From NCBI GenBank assembly GCA_039794845.1, contig JAUQVK010000017.1, forward strand, positions 1-40,107: DNA of 40,107 nt, written 5' to 3'. This document shows positions 1 to 9,671 of this stretch, one piece after another (within the stretch, counting starts at the first letter, position 1; each line of letters starts with the position of its first letter). Both the position numbers and the translations under genes were made by a program. This DNA comes from Thermostichus sp. DRC_bins_24 (GTDB taxonomy: Bacteria; Cyanobacteriota; Cyanobacteriia; Thermostichales; Thermostichaceae). A model generated the notes under the pieces. The model was not told the origin of the DNA and made no database searches. It saw only the letters and a program-made list of their open reading frames with translations.

Positions 1-96
1 TTTGTTGCCCTCGTCCACCAATACATAGACCAGCGTCAGGAGGGAGATCCCCGCCGTGCCGATCAAAACCCAGAGTAAATTGTTGTCTATCGTCAT
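1..96 (-). CDS. Partial (5' end) membrane protein, runs off the window edge
   Basis: ATG at 96 on the minus strand opens MTIDNNLLWVLIGTAGISLLTLVYVLVDEGNK with no stop before position 1; one clear hydrophobic helix; divergent from the pseudouridine synthase. Confidence 0.5.
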   Translation of the reverse strand, partial: MTIDNNLLWVLIGTAGISLLTLVYVLVDEGNK

Positions 97-220
97 GAGG
101 TGGGATCCATCAATGGCCAATCGCTGTCCCCGGAGGGAAGGAACATTGTTCCTTGAGACCTGATCTTACCGTTGAAGCCCCTCTGCCAACTCTTAAAGAT
201 TGGATCCGTTCCCGGGCATC

Positions 221-793
221 ATGCGCTATCTCAAGTTTTACAAGCCCTACGGCGTGCTCACTCAGTTCACCGATCCGGAGGGGCGGCTGACCCTCAAATC
301 TTTTATCGAGGTGCCGGAGGTATATCCGGTGGGGCGACTGGATCGGGATAGTGAGGGTTTGCTCCTACTCACAGATGATGGCGTCCTCAATGCCCGTCTG
401 ATCGACCCCAAATTTGGCCATACCCGCACCTATTGGGTTCAAGTGGAAGGGATCCCGACCCCACAAGCCCTAGAACAACTGCAAAAGGGGGTGAGGATCC
501 AGGGTCAGAAAACCCGCCCCGCCCAAGCTCACGTTCTCCCTGCAGAACCGGATCTCCCCCCGCGGGATCCACCCATTCGCTTTCGCCGCTCCATCCCCAC
601 CACCTGGCTAGAACTCACCCTGCGGGAAGGTCGCAATCGTCAGGTGCGTCGCATGACCGCTGCCGTTGGGATCCCAACCTTGAGATTGGTTCGGGTTGGA
701 TTGGGGCCACTCTCTCTAACGGGCCTCACACCCGGTGAATGGCAAGACCTGAACGAGACCGAACTGGCCCAGCTACGGCATTATTGCTCCTAA
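221..793 (+). CDS. rRNA pseudouridine synthase, RsuA/RluE family
   Basis: Motifs [26 protein letters not shown] and [13 protein letters not shown] at 221 preferred over TTG at 200. Confidence 0.92.
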   Translation: MRYLKFYKPYGVLTQFTDPEGRLTLKSFIEVPEVYPVGRLDRDSEGLLLLTDDGVLNARLIDPKFGHTRTYWVQVEGIPTPQALEQLQKGVRIQGQKTRPAQAHVLPAEPDLPPRDPPIRFRRSIPTTWLELTLREGRNRQVRRMTAAVGIPTLRLVRVGLGPLSLTGLTPGEWQDLNETELAQLRHYCS

Positions 794-817
794 AGGGCTT
801 CTGAATGGCTGCATGGG

Positions 818-1048
818 TTACTGGGATCCCTCTCGGAGGATCAGAAGTAAAGTCCCTGCGATAACGGCGATGGCAGCACTGGCAATCAGGGTGTTGGCGC
901 GATTGGCAGTATCCTCAGCAAACTTGAAAAACCGCTCATCCCAGCGTTTCACTTCCTCCTTAAGTTCCTGCCGGGTCGCTTTGACTTCCTCAAGCACGTT
1001 TGCTAGGGAGTTCTCCAGTCGCTCCAGACGTTCATCGGTGCTGGTCAT
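818..1048 (-). CDS. Small coiled-coil protein with C-terminal transmembrane anchor
   Basis: 76 aa; heptad pattern (RLERLENSLANVLEEVK), then a hydrophobic tail; AGAGGT RBS-like sequence upstream. Confidence 0.7.
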   Translation of the reverse strand: MTSTDERLERLENSLANVLEEVKATRQELKEEVKRWDERFFKFAEDTANRANTLIASAAIAVIAGTLLLILREGSQ

Positions 1049-1088
1049 GCCACCTCTCTATTACTTACATCAGGAGCATTCATTATCA

Positions 1089-1772
1089 CTATTGTTTCAA
1101 GTGAACCCGCAGTTGCGCCAGCCGCTGTAAGGCGATCAAAATTTCGTCTTCCACCAAAGCCGCTAGCTCCAGCAGCAGATCCCGTCCATGCGCTTGGGCC
1201 ACCTGGGCTTTATCCATCAGTTGGTAGAGATCGGAATGCTGTAGTGTTGAGGTTTCCTCCTGTAAAACCTGAATGCGGCGGCGAATTTGCCGAATTTTGC
1301 GGGTGAGCCGTTCCAAATCCGCTTCTGTCCCTTCCCCACGCACCGACTCTGGACTCTGTTCCCAAGCAAGCAAAATTTGCCGTAGCCCCGCTTCGTCACC
1401 ATTGGCATAGGCTTGGTTGGCTGCAGCCATCAGTTCCTGCCGACGGTCATGCTCCACAGCGTCTGTAGCCAGATCGGGGTGAATGCGTTTGGCGACTTCT
1501 CGGTACAGTTGCTTCAGGTTGGCGGAGGGGCGAAATGAGTTCATCGCCTCTAAGGCCAGGGTGTACTGCTGAATTTGTTCTTCGATGCGCTGTAACTCCT
1601 GCCGTCGGCTGAGTACCACCCGCTGATAACGTTGTTCAAAGGCTCGCAACTCTCCCTGCAGACTGACAAAGGCCAACTCTTGTTCCGACAGATCCGCCTG
1701 CAAGGCTGCCAGTTCCTCCCGCCGCAGGGCCAACTCCTGCTCTGGATCAGCCGATGGGATGCTGTCGTTCAT
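1089..1772 (-). CDS. J-domain (DnaJ-like, class C) protein with flanking coiled coils
   Basis: LKQLYREVAKRIHPD...MAAANQAY matches J-domain helix II, the HPD loop and helix III. Confidence 0.8.
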   Translation of the reverse strand: MNDSIPSADPEQELALRREELAALQADLSEQELAFVSLQGELRAFEQRYQRVVLSRRQELQRIEEQIQQYTLALEAMNSFRPSANLKQLYREVAKRIHPDLATDAVEHDRRQELMAAANQAYANGDEAGLRQILLAWEQSPESVRGEGTEADLERLTRKIRQIRRRIQVLQEETSTLQHSDLYQLMDKAQVAQAHGRDLLLELAALVEDEILIALQRLAQLRVHLKQ

Positions 1773-1832
1773 GCCTGTGGCTTGGTGTGTGAACTACTAC
1801 ATGATCTACATTCTTTCAGGTATAGCGACATA

Positions 1833-1990
1833 GTGACGTACTCCCGACGCCGATGCAAGCATACGACGCGGGCTTCTCCCACGGCGCGAGTTTTACCTCT
1901 GGTTAGCCGATTCGAGCTTTTTATACTAAAAGCCTTCCAAGGTCCTTTCGTCAGGGATCCTTTCCAGAAACCTCAAATGGGTTCAAGGCA
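1833..1990 (-). mobile_element. Orphan IS200/IS605-type right end with structured upstream region; no tnpA/tnpB ORF
   Basis: Minus strand reads GAAGCCCGCGTCGTATGCTTGCATCGGCGTCGGGAGTACGTCAC, homologous to the right end at 9607-9652 and ending in TCAC; the upstream boundary is uncertain. Confidence 0.65.
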
Positions 1991-1995
1991 GCGTT

Positions 1996-3345
1996 TCAAT
2001 CGGGCATGAGGGCGTGAACCCGCTTGCCACCGTTTGGGTACAAAAGGGCACGCTTGGGGCCGTGGATCGGATCTTCCACGATGATCGTCTGGTCACGGCT
2101 AGCCCCCAAAGAGACGATGGCAATGGGCACCTGCATGAGCTGAGCCAAGAACTTCAGATAGTCATGGGCCTCAGGGGGCAGGTCTTCGATGGAGCGGCAC
2201 CCTTTTGTTGAACATTTCCAGCCCGGTAACGTTTCATAGATGGGTTGGCACTGGGCGAAGATACGAGCATCGCTGGGAAAGTGACGAATTTCTTGGCCCT
2301 GGCACTTGTAGGCCACGCATACCTTGATCTGATCCAAGCCATCCAACACATCCAACTTGGTGATTGCCAAACAATCTAAGCCATTCACCCGCACCGCGTA
2401 GCGACCGATCACCCCATCAAACCAGCCACAACGCCGTTGCCGCCCGGTGGTGGTACCAAATTCTGCGCCGGTTGCCCCCAAATAAGCCCCGGTTTCGTCT
2501 TTCAACTCGGTGGGGAAGGGGCCTTCTCCCACACGGGTGGTATAGGCTTTGGCCACCCCGATCACCCGGTCGATGTTGGTTGGGCCAATTCCAGCGCCGA
2601 TACAAGCTCCGCCGGCAATTGGGTGGGAAGAGGTGACGTAGGGGTAGGTGCCATAGTCCAGATCCAACAGCGTCCCTTGCGCCCCTTCAAACAAAATGTT
2701 TTCCCGCTCTTGAATGGCCTCTGTTAGGAGCAGGGCCGCATCGGTGACATAGGGGCGCAGCCGTTCGGCATAGGCCAGGTATTGCTCGATAATCGGCTCG
2801 GGCTCCAGCGGCGGCAGGTTGTAGATTTTCTCCAGTAAGACGTTTTTGTAGGGAATGGCCCAACTGAGGCGTTCCCGCAACTGGTCGGGGTACATCAAGT
2901 CCACGACGCGAATGCCCATGCGTTCCGATTTGTCGGCATAGGTAGGGCCGATCCCCCGTCCGGTGGTACCGAGTTTGTAAATGCCGCGCCGTTCTTCTTC
3001 TGCCAGGTCGATGACGCGATGGTAGGGCAGGGTAACGTGGGCGGTTTCGGCGATGAACAGGTTATCGGTGGAAATGCCAAATTGATGCAGCTGGTCGATC
3101 TCCGCGAGCAGTATCTCCGGATCGATAACGGTGCCACTGGCGATGATGCAGCGTTTGTCAGGGTAGAGGATGCCAGAAGGGATCAGGTGCAGCTTGAAGG
3201 TTTGACCCGCCACCACCAAGGTATGTCCTGCATTCACCCCCCCTTGGTAGCGGACGACCACATGCGCTTTTTCACTAAGGAGATCGGTGATCTTGCCTTT
3301 CCCTTCGTCGCCCCACTGGGCACCGACAACCACAACGTTTGCCAA
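1996..3345 (-). CDS. purA: Adenylosuccinate synthetase
   Basis: [23 protein letters not shown] and [14 protein letters not shown] motifs; start placed at TTG 3345 (GGAG upstream) rather than 3405. Confidence 0.97.
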   Translation of the reverse strand: MANVVVVGAQWGDEGKGKITDLLSEKAHVVVRYQGGVNAGHTLVVAGQTFKLHLIPSGILYPDKRCIIASGTVIDPEILLAEIDQLHQFGISTDNLFIAETAHVTLPYHRVIDLAEEERRGIYKLGTTGRGIGPTYADKSERMGIRVVDLMYPDQLRERLSWAIPYKNVLLEKIYNLPPLEPEPIIEQYLAYAERLRPYVTDAALLLTEAIQERENILFEGAQGTLLDLDYGTYPYVTSSHPIAGGACIGAGIGPTNIDRVIGVAKAYTTRVGEGPFPTELKDETGAYLGATGAEFGTTTGRQRRCGWFDGVIGRYAVRVNGLDCLAITKLDVLDGLDQIKVCVAYKCQGQEIRHFPSDARIFAQCQPIYETLPGWKCSTKGCRSIEDLPPEAHDYLKFLAQLMQVPIAIVSLGASRDQTIIVEDPIHGPKRALLYPNGGKRVHALMPD

Positions 3346-3450
3346 GAGCTTCTCCAGTCCGTAGACGGCACAAAAAATCCCCTTCGCGGGGGCTTGCTGC
3401 ACCAATTTACCGCATCGATCCCGGCGATGTTGAGGGCCTACGACAAAAAT

Positions 3451-3467
3451 GTTAACAATCGATTAAC
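3451..3467. promoter_or_regulatory. Inverted repeat GTTAA-N7-TTAAC in the divergent purA/tatC region; possible LysR-type operator
   Basis: AAAAT-GTTAA-CAATCGA-TTAAC-TTTT is an AT-rich dyad in a GC-rich background and contains a T-N11-A core. Confidence 0.3.
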
Positions 3468-3530
3468 TTTTCTCGTCCTAAGGCCGCTGGGATCCCTCCA
3501 AGCCTATCTGACACAGACGCTCGGCTGAGG

Positions 3531-3637
3531 GCTTTTGCCCTACGGGCGACCCGAGGGGTCAACGCTCTTGCGGCGCGGCAGCGCTTTTGCCCTACGGGCG
3601 ACCCGAGAGGTCAACGCTCTTGCGGCGCGGCAGCGCT
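3531..3637. repeat. 52-bp tandem duplication of a hairpin-forming (REP/SDR-like) element
   Basis: GCTTTTGCCCTACGGGCGACCCGAG[G/A]GGTCAACGCTCTTGCGGCGCGGCAGC at 3531-3582 and 3583-3634, one mismatch. Confidence 0.9.
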
Positions 3638-3672
3638 AAGATATCGGAGAACATTTCGTCACACCTTGGCCC

Positions 3673-4461
3673 ATGACCCTCGCCTCTGAGACGGAATCCC
3701 TAGAGCAAGCCTCCAAAACAGCCGCCCCTGAGCCCAAGCCAGAGCCCGATCCGGAGTTTCCTTACGAGGTCGAGATGACCTTGATGGAGCATTTGGACGA
3801 GCTGCGTAGCCGCCTATTTGCCAGCGTGATTGCGGTGGTGGTGTGCATTGTCGCCTGCTTTGTGGTGGTAAACCGCATTGTTGCGCTGCTGGAAGTGCCC
3901 GCCCAGGGGGTGACCTTCTTGCAACTGGCCCCCGGAGAGTATTTCTTCGTGTCGATGAAGGTGGCGGCCTATTCCGGCCTGGTGTTGGCTACGCCCTTTT
4001 TGCTCTACCAGATCGCTCGCTTTGTTTTGCCGGGGTTGAGCGTGAAAGAGCGCAAATTGCTGGGGCCGGTGGTCCTTGGCTCGAGCCTCTTGTTTGTGGC
4101 TGGGTTGGTCTTCGCCTACTACCTGCTAATTCCGGCGGCCTTGAATTTCTTCATCCGTTATGGCGAAGGGGTGGTGGATCAGGCTTGGTCGATTGACCGC
4201 TACTTCGAGTTCGTGTTGCTGTTGTTGTTTAGCACGGGGGTGGCTTTTCAAGTGCCGATTCTCCAAGCTCTGCTGGGGGGGCTGGGATTGGTCAGTGCTG
4301 AGCAGATGTTTAAGGGCTGGCGATACGTCGTTTTGGGTTCGGTGGTGGCCGGGGCCATCCTGACCCCCTCGACGGATCCCCTCACCCAGAGCCTCCTGGC
4401 TGGGGCTGTTACATTCCTCTATCTATTTGGCATTGTCCTGGTGAAGCTGCTTGGTAAATGA
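3673..4461 (+). CDS. tatC: Twin-arginine translocase subunit TatC
   Basis: EMTLMEHLDELRSRL, YQIARFVLPGL, FQVP and GAILTPSTDP motifs; multiple TM helices. Confidence 0.96.
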   Translation: MTLASETESLEQASKTAAPEPKPEPDPEFPYEVEMTLMEHLDELRSRLFASVIAVVVCIVACFVVVNRIVALLEVPAQGVTFLQLAPGEYFFVSMKVAAYSGLVLATPFLLYQIARFVLPGLSVKERKLLGPVVLGSSLLFVAGLVFAYYLLIPAALNFFIRYGEGVVDQAWSIDRYFEFVLLLLFSTGVAFQVPILQALLGGLGLVSAEQMFKGWRYVVLGSVVAGAILTPSTDPLTQSLLAGAVTFLYLFGIVLVKLLGK

Positions 4462-5059
4462 ACTCAATGTGCATGCTCTGATCTTGGCGGCTGGGTTTTC
4501 CACTCGCATGGGGGAACCCAAGGCCCTCCTGCCTTGGAAAGAGGGCCAGACGCTGCTGTCCTATCAAGTTTCTCAGTGGCGACAGGCGGGTTTTCAGCCG
4601 TGGGTGGTGCTGGGATCCCATAACGCGGCGGCGGCTGAACCTCACTTGGCAGGGGCACAGGTGCTGATTAACCCCAAGCCAGAGGCGGGTAAGAGCGGGT
4701 CTATTCGCGTTGGGGTGGAGGGGATCCCGGCGGACTTTCAGGTGCTGGGGATCTCGGCAGTGGATCAGCCGCGTCCAGCTTGGATCTACCACAGCTTGTT
4801 GGAGTACCACCTACGCCATCGGGCTTGGGCCACGGTACCGGTGCACCGCGGACGACGCGGCCATCCCAGTTTGATCGACGGGCGCCTGCGGGAAGAATTG
4901 CTGCATCTCAAAGAAGAAACCCTTGGGTTAAGGCAGCTGCTTCAGAACTTGGATAAGCGGGTACAAGAGGTGGAGCTTTACACCGCGGATATCTTCTTGG
5001 ACTACAACACTCCCGCCGATTTAGAGGCCGGTGCTGCCGCAAGTGATACAATCCATTGA
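4451..5059 (+). CDS. NTP transferase, MocA/MobA-like (molybdenum cofactor nucleotidyltransferase family)
   Basis: ILAAGFSTRMGEPKALLPW, VDQP, RGHPSL and DYNTPADL motifs; start may be GTG at 4469. Confidence 0.85.
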   Translation: MVNELNVHALILAAGFSTRMGEPKALLPWKEGQTLLSYQVSQWRQAGFQPWVVLGSHNAAAAEPHLAGAQVLINPKPEAGKSGSIRVGVEGIPADFQVLGISAVDQPRPAWIYHSLLEYHLRHRAWATVPVHRGRRGHPSLIDGRLREELLHLKEETLGLRQLLQNLDKRVQEVELYTADIFLDYNTPADLEAGAAASDTIH

Positions 5060-5156
5060 CCGCACTTGGGTAGAGCTCCCGGGCGCATGTGTTGGCAGCT
5101 CACCTGAGTGGAGATGATTGGGGAAAGGGTTGTTCAAGCTGCTGAATGCTTCCCTT

Positions 5157-6494
5157 ATGGTGGCGCTTTATCCTCTCAGTACCTATGACCCGGCTTATCC
5201 TGTTGGCAGCTATTGGGACACCACCCTAACGGATTTCAGTTGGCGGGATCCCCCTCCGCTTCAGCAGGATCTCACCTGTGACGTGGCGATTTTGGGCGGT
5301 GGATTAACGGGGTTGTCGGCGGCTTTGCACCTAGCCCGTGATCACCAGATTCAGGCCCATGTTTTGGAAGCGGGATCCCTAGGGTGGGGAGCCTCAGGGC
5401 GCAATGGGGGCTTCTGCGGGGTAGGGGCGAGCAATCTGCCCCATGGGTGGATGGTGAAGTGGGTAGGGCCCGCGGAAACGGAGCGCTACTACCACAATCA
5501 ACGGCAAGCAGTAGAAGGGGTGCAGGAGCTGGCGGAGGCGGAGGGTTTTTCTGTGGATCCCCAGGGGCAGGGTTGTTTTGTGGTGGCCCATCGTCCACAC
5601 CGCTGGCGGGAACTCCAGGCAGAGCATCACCTTTACACCCAAATAGCGGGCTATCCGGCCCGGCTCTTTACAGCCGATGAACTGCGGGAAAGAGGCTTCG
5701 ACAGCCAAGAAAATTACGGTGCTCTGAATATTGGAGTTGGGTTTGGCCTCAACCCCCTTAAGCTTACCCAAGGGTTGGCCCAATCGGCCCGCCGGTGGGG
5801 GGCTCACCTTTATGGTGCTACCCCGGTGATGGGTTGGGAAAAGATCGGTGCCTGGCACTACTGGCAAACCCCCCGGGGAACGGTACGGGCCCGACAGGTG
5901 ATCGTGGCCAGCAACGGCTATACCCCAGAAGCCTTGCACCCGAGCTTGAAGGGATCCCTCTTGCCGGTGCTCTCCAACATTCTGGTGACACGCCCCCTGA
6001 CCCAAGCGGAAAAAGAGGCCCAGGGGTGGTGGGATCCCACCCCCCTCTACGACACACGACGGTTGCTGTTTTACTATCGGCTGCTGCCGGACGGGCGCCT
6101 GTTGTTTGGAGGGCGGGGAGGCACCCGAGATACCCCGCAGGAGCGGCAACACTTGCGGAGCTACATGAGCCAGCAGCTGCGCCGCTTGTTTCCCGCCTGG
6201 AAAGAGGTGGAAATCGAGTATTTCTGGAATGGCTTGGCCTGTTTGTCCAGCCAGCTGCATCCCCATATCGGTCGTTCGGCAGCGGATCCCAGCCTGTGGG
6301 TTGGGTTAGCCTATCACGGGAGCGGTGTTGCTACGGCGGTGTGGGCGGGAAAGGTTCTGGCTCAGGAGCTGGCGGGCTTGCAACCCCAGATCAGTGCCAT
6401 ATTCCGGCGGCCTTTGCGCCCTTTTCCCTGGCCACAACTGCGACTGCAGTATCTGCGACTGGGTTACCTTTTGGCGCAATGGACTGAGGGATAG
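5157..6494 (+). CDS. FAD-dependent oxidoreductase (DAO/PuuB-like)
   Basis: SYW, DVAILGGGLTGLSAA, GASGRNGG, LLFGG and YHGSGV motifs. Confidence 0.88.
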   Translation: MVALYPLSTYDPAYPVGSYWDTTLTDFSWRDPPPLQQDLTCDVAILGGGLTGLSAALHLARDHQIQAHVLEAGSLGWGASGRNGGFCGVGASNLPHGWMVKWVGPAETERYYHNQRQAVEGVQELAEAEGFSVDPQGQGCFVVAHRPHRWRELQAEHHLYTQIAGYPARLFTADELRERGFDSQENYGALNIGVGFGLNPLKLTQGLAQSARRWGAHLYGATPVMGWEKIGAWHYWQTPRGTVRARQVIVASNGYTPEALHPSLKGSLLPVLSNILVTRPLTQAEKEAQGWWDPTPLYDTRRLLFYYRLLPDGRLLFGGRGGTRDTPQERQHLRSYMSQQLRRLFPAWKEVEIEYFWNGLACLSSQLHPHIGRSAADPSLWVGLAYHGSGVATAVWAGKVLAQELAGLQPQISAIFRRPLRPFPWPQLRLQYLRLGYLLAQWTEG

Positions 6495-6608
6495 ACAACT
6501 CCGGGTATGCGGGGGATCCCACTGTTGGGTAGAAAGGGGATGTCCTACTGTAGGGACAAGAAAGCTGCATGGATTTTCGTCTATTCTGTACTATTCTGAG
6601 GTGCTAAC

Positions 6609-7451
6609 GTGCTGTACGCTTCTCGCCACTGGCCTGATCCGGGTCAATCTGCCTTCAAGGTTCGACCCTGGTGTGCGGGGCATCGGCTGGGGTTTGCTCT
6701 GCTGATCAGCCTACCCACGATGTTTTTTACTTGGCCTGGATTTGCTCAAATTGCCGGATCCCTGCTTAACCCTTTGGTGGCGGCCTGGATTCGTTCCGAA
6801 GTTCAGAATGTGGACAACCTGCAGGTGCAGATCGCCGGTTCCGACTCGCAAATTTTGAGCGGACAGATCCCCCAAGCCCAAGTGGCAGGAGATAACCTTA
6901 GCTACCAGGGGTTTCAGGTAAGCCGACTGCAGATTCGCGGCCAGGATATTCGCCTAAATGTGAGCGAGGCGATCCAGGGCCGCAGCCAACTGCGGTTGTT
7001 GGCCCCGGTGCCCGTGCATGTCAGCTTGCGCCTCACCGAGGCGGATCTTAACCACACCTTGCAAGCGCCTCTGATTCAGTCGCAACTGGCCCAAGCTCAG
7101 GTTCAGCTTCCCCTGGGGGATCAATCGGTGCCTTTTTTAATCAGTCAGCCCAATGTCTCTTTGGAAGAAGGGCGGGTGCGTATTCAGGCCAACCTGAGCA
7201 CCCCAGAGGGAGCGGAGGTACCCGTTACGGTGCTGACGGGGTTGCAGGCCCAGAACCAAAATCAACTGCGGTTGGTGAATCCCGTTTGGGTGAGCGAAGG
7301 TCAGGAGATCCCGGTGCCCGGTTTGGCGGATTTCCCCATTCAGTTGGATGCGGGGGTGCGCATTGATCGGCTGGAGCTACAGGCCGGTCAGATTCTCTAC
7401 GAGGGTATGTTGACCATTTACCCGGAAGCGGTGGCAGTACCCCAGGGCTAG
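6609..7451 (+). CDS. DUF2993/LmeA-like exported protein
   Basis: Signal-like N-terminus; WIRSEVQNVDNLQVQI...QILSGQIP and LTEADLN motifs typical of cyanobacterial DUF2993 proteins; start uncertain. Confidence 0.75.
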   Translation: MLYASRHWPDPGQSAFKVRPWCAGHRLGFALLISLPTMFFTWPGFAQIAGSLLNPLVAAWIRSEVQNVDNLQVQIAGSDSQILSGQIPQAQVAGDNLSYQGFQVSRLQIRGQDIRLNVSEAIQGRSQLRLLAPVPVHVSLRLTEADLNHTLQAPLIQSQLAQAQVQLPLGDQSVPFLISQPNVSLEEGRVRIQANLSTPEGAEVPVTVLTGLQAQNQNQLRLVNPVWVSEGQEIPVPGLADFPIQLDAGVRIDRLELQAGQILYEGMLTIYPEAVAVPQG

Positions 7452-7620
7452 ATTGGCTCCCTTTCCCCCGAACTCTGAAGTCAGTAGTGTGATCGGGATC
7501 AATTCCAACCTGTGGGGGTGAAGGGCATAACGATGGATGAAGACCCCTCCGGGCCGAGGGAAAGGGGCTTTGTGGCCTAAGTGGCCCCAATGGTGATGTG
7601 ACTGAGGTGAGGTGATAAGG

Positions 7621-9147
7621 ATGCAGGGATCCCCACGCCAGCGAGCCAATTCGCCATCCTTGCTCCAAATGGGGTGGTTAGCCATTCTAGGGATGGGGCT
7701 TGTGAGCGGCTGTTCGGACAATCCGGTCTCGACGGTTCCTTTGGATGGCACCGCCGTGGGCACGCGCACAGCAACCCCCGCCGGACAAACGTTTTCCGAT
7801 GTTCAACCCGGTCGGGATCCGCGCACCAAGCACCTCTGGGCCAGTTTTGTGGTCACGCCTGAACAGTTGCAGTCTGCCCGTGAAGCCCCGATTACCCTCA
7901 ATCCGCAGGCAATTTTGCCCTGCACCGACTGTGACACCATCCGGTGGCAGCCGGGATCCCCGCTCCCCACCCCTGCTTCCCGTGCCCTTGGCACCTACAC
8001 CCCTGCCGATCTCAGTTTCACCCTGCGCTTCCATCCTGGGGAGAACCAAACCCGTCTCAGCAGCCGGTTTGAGTTAGACACCACCACCCAGCTCATCCAT
8101 CCCGGCGAAGGGGTGCGCCTCTCTCTACAACAAGCCCTCTGGGGAGAATTGCCCCTGGATCCCCTCCCCCAACCCCTTGATTTCACCGCTAGCCAGCTCA
8201 CCCGTGGTCAATCGGAAGAACGCTCCTGGACGCTTCCTTTCTCTTTGCCTGAGGCCAATGACCTGGCTTCTGTGCTGCCCTTACGGCTGGATCTGCTGCT
8301 GACATCCCCAATTCCACCAGATTCCGCGCCCTTCCGACGGGGCAAACCCCTACCGCCACCGACGGGCAAGCTTTACCATGCCATCGCCTGGCCCGGATCC
8401 CCCACTTGGGATCAGCTCTACACCTATCGAGAGGCCATCGGCCAGCCCCCTGCCTGGGTGGAAGTGGAGCATCGTTGGGATCCCCGCCAGGATTTTCCTC
8501 AACCCTTAGCCAACCGCATTCGGGAAAGCGGGTCGGTGCCTTACCTACGATTGCGCTTTGATGAGGCCGACCTCTCGGCTCTGGCCGCTGGCGAACAGGA
8601 TGAGACCCTCCGCTCCTGGGCTGAGGCGATCCAGCGTTTTGCTACCCCCGTGATCTTGGCAGTCTCCGTCGGTGATGCGGAGGCAGCCGAGTTGCAAGCC
8701 GCCTATCGATATCTGATGCAGACGTTGCGCTCGGAAAAGAACTTGCTCTGGGTTTTGGAACTGGCTGGTGATGATCCCGAGGCTGTACCCGTCTGGGCTG
8801 GCTTTGCAGGCATGGATTGGTTGAAGGTGCATTTGGGTGGGGATCCCTCTGGGTTTGAGGAGTTGTATCGTCGCCTAGCTGCCTTGAGCCCCGGGATGCC
8901 GATTTTGGTGGGGGGACTCCGCCCCGGCACCGAGGGATCCGAAACCGTACTGGAGGGCTTAGAAACTCAACAATGGCCGCAGGTGATCGGCTGGAGTTGG
9001 ACCCTTGGCCCGGAAGGGATCCCACCTCAATCTGCACAAGCGTGGCGGCAGCACCTCCAAAGCTCCGACTCCGATCTCTGGCTGGGAGAAATTCGTGTAC
9101 AGCCCTCCACCGCCTCCCCAACCCCGACAACGTCTCCGCCCCCTTAA
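7621..9147 (+). CDS. Predicted lipoprotein with C-terminal GH26-like TIM barrel, probably non-catalytic
   Basis: Lipobox-like LVSGC; PPPTGKLYH...AWV...GSVPYLRL...WAEAI resembles cyanobacterial GH26-like proteins. Confidence 0.6.
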   Translation: MQGSPRQRANSPSLLQMGWLAILGMGLVSGCSDNPVSTVPLDGTAVGTRTATPAGQTFSDVQPGRDPRTKHLWASFVVTPEQLQSAREAPITLNPQAILPCTDCDTIRWQPGSPLPTPASRALGTYTPADLSFTLRFHPGENQTRLSSRFELDTTTQLIHPGEGVRLSLQQALWGELPLDPLPQPLDFTASQLTRGQSEERSWTLPFSLPEANDLASVLPLRLDLLLTSPIPPDSAPFRRGKPLPPPTGKLYHAIAWPGSPTWDQLYTYREAIGQPPAWVEVEHRWDPRQDFPQPLANRIRESGSVPYLRLRFDEADLSALAAGEQDETLRSWAEAIQRFATPVILAVSVGDAEAAELQAAYRYLMQTLRSEKNLLWVLELAGDDPEAVPVWAGFAGMDWLKVHLGGDPSGFEELYRRLAALSPGMPILVGGLRPGTEGSETVLEGLETQQWPQVIGWSWTLGPEGIPPQSAQAWRQHLQSSDSDLWLGEIRVQPSTASPTPTTSPPP

Positions 9148-9161
9148 CCAATGAGGGGTAA

Positions 9162-9214
9162 GCCTGCGGCACGCTGCGCTACGGGGAGTGGTGACCCTCC
9201 GGGTCGTCCGGAGC
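9162..9214. repeat. Small dispersed repeat cluster
   Basis: GCCTGCGGCACGCTGCGCTAC (SDR-like), then GAGTGGTGACCCTCCGGGTCGTCCGGAG, which matches the reverse complement of the 3531 repeat core at 22/28 positions by eye. Confidence 0.55.
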
Positions 9215-9217
9215 ACA

Positions 9218-9652
9218 ATAAGTCCCGCCCTCTACCCCCTAGGGTCAGCGTCGGGATACATGGACTCCCCGCGCTTGTCGATTCCCCTACATGGGCAGGA
9301 GACATCCATTCACCGTTCAGTCTGGCGAACGGTAGAACACAGCTACGCTGACCATGAACTACACCTATCGCATCTATTCGAATTCATCCCGATGCTCCAC
9401 AGCAGAGTCCTCTGCGGTCGGGGCTTGAACCCTGAAGAGGCCTGTATAACGAAGCAATTCCCGCATTGAGGCAAGGTGCATTCCCGGGTGTTGCAGACCA
9501 CAATTCGTAGAGTGCACGATACTTGGGAAGCGTCTCAGCTCGGTCTGTCGGGGGTTGCTGACCTGGATCAGTGGCGTGGGGCAGGAATGCTCAAGAGCGA
9601 TTTTGGGAAGCCCGCGCTCTACCCGCTAGGCATTGCGTCGGGAGGATGTCAC
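9218..9652 (+). mobile_element. Internally deleted IS200/IS605 element with left-end and right-end hairpins
   Basis: Left end AAGTCCCGCCCTCTACCCCCTAGGGTCAGCGTCGGGA (about 9220-9256) and right end GAAGCCCGCGCTCTACCCGCTAGGCATTGCGTCGGGAGGATGTCAC (9607-9652) are similar to each other; tnpB fragments lie between them. Confidence 0.85.
9345..9652 (+). pseudogene. tnpB: tnpB pseudogene fragments (N-terminal pieces joined to the C-terminal tail)
   Basis: (ACG)LTMNYTYRIY [10-nt insertion] PDAPQQ; KQFPH*GKVHSRVLQTTIRRVHDTWEA; GLSGVADLDQWRGAG...GKPALY; RuvC and zinc finger absent. Confidence 0.8.
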
Positions 9653-9671
9653 ATCTCTACACCCTGGAAAA

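Noticed and set aside
1942..1956. CTGACGA on the minus strand as a hammerhead core, and the 11-mer GTCCTTTCGTC shared with 16813-16823
   Set aside because: No correctly placed GAAA or three-stem junction; a single 11-mer match is expected by chance in 40 kb
3531..3637. Possible mini CRISPR array
   Set aside because: The units are directly adjacent with no unique spacer, and there are no cas genes in the window
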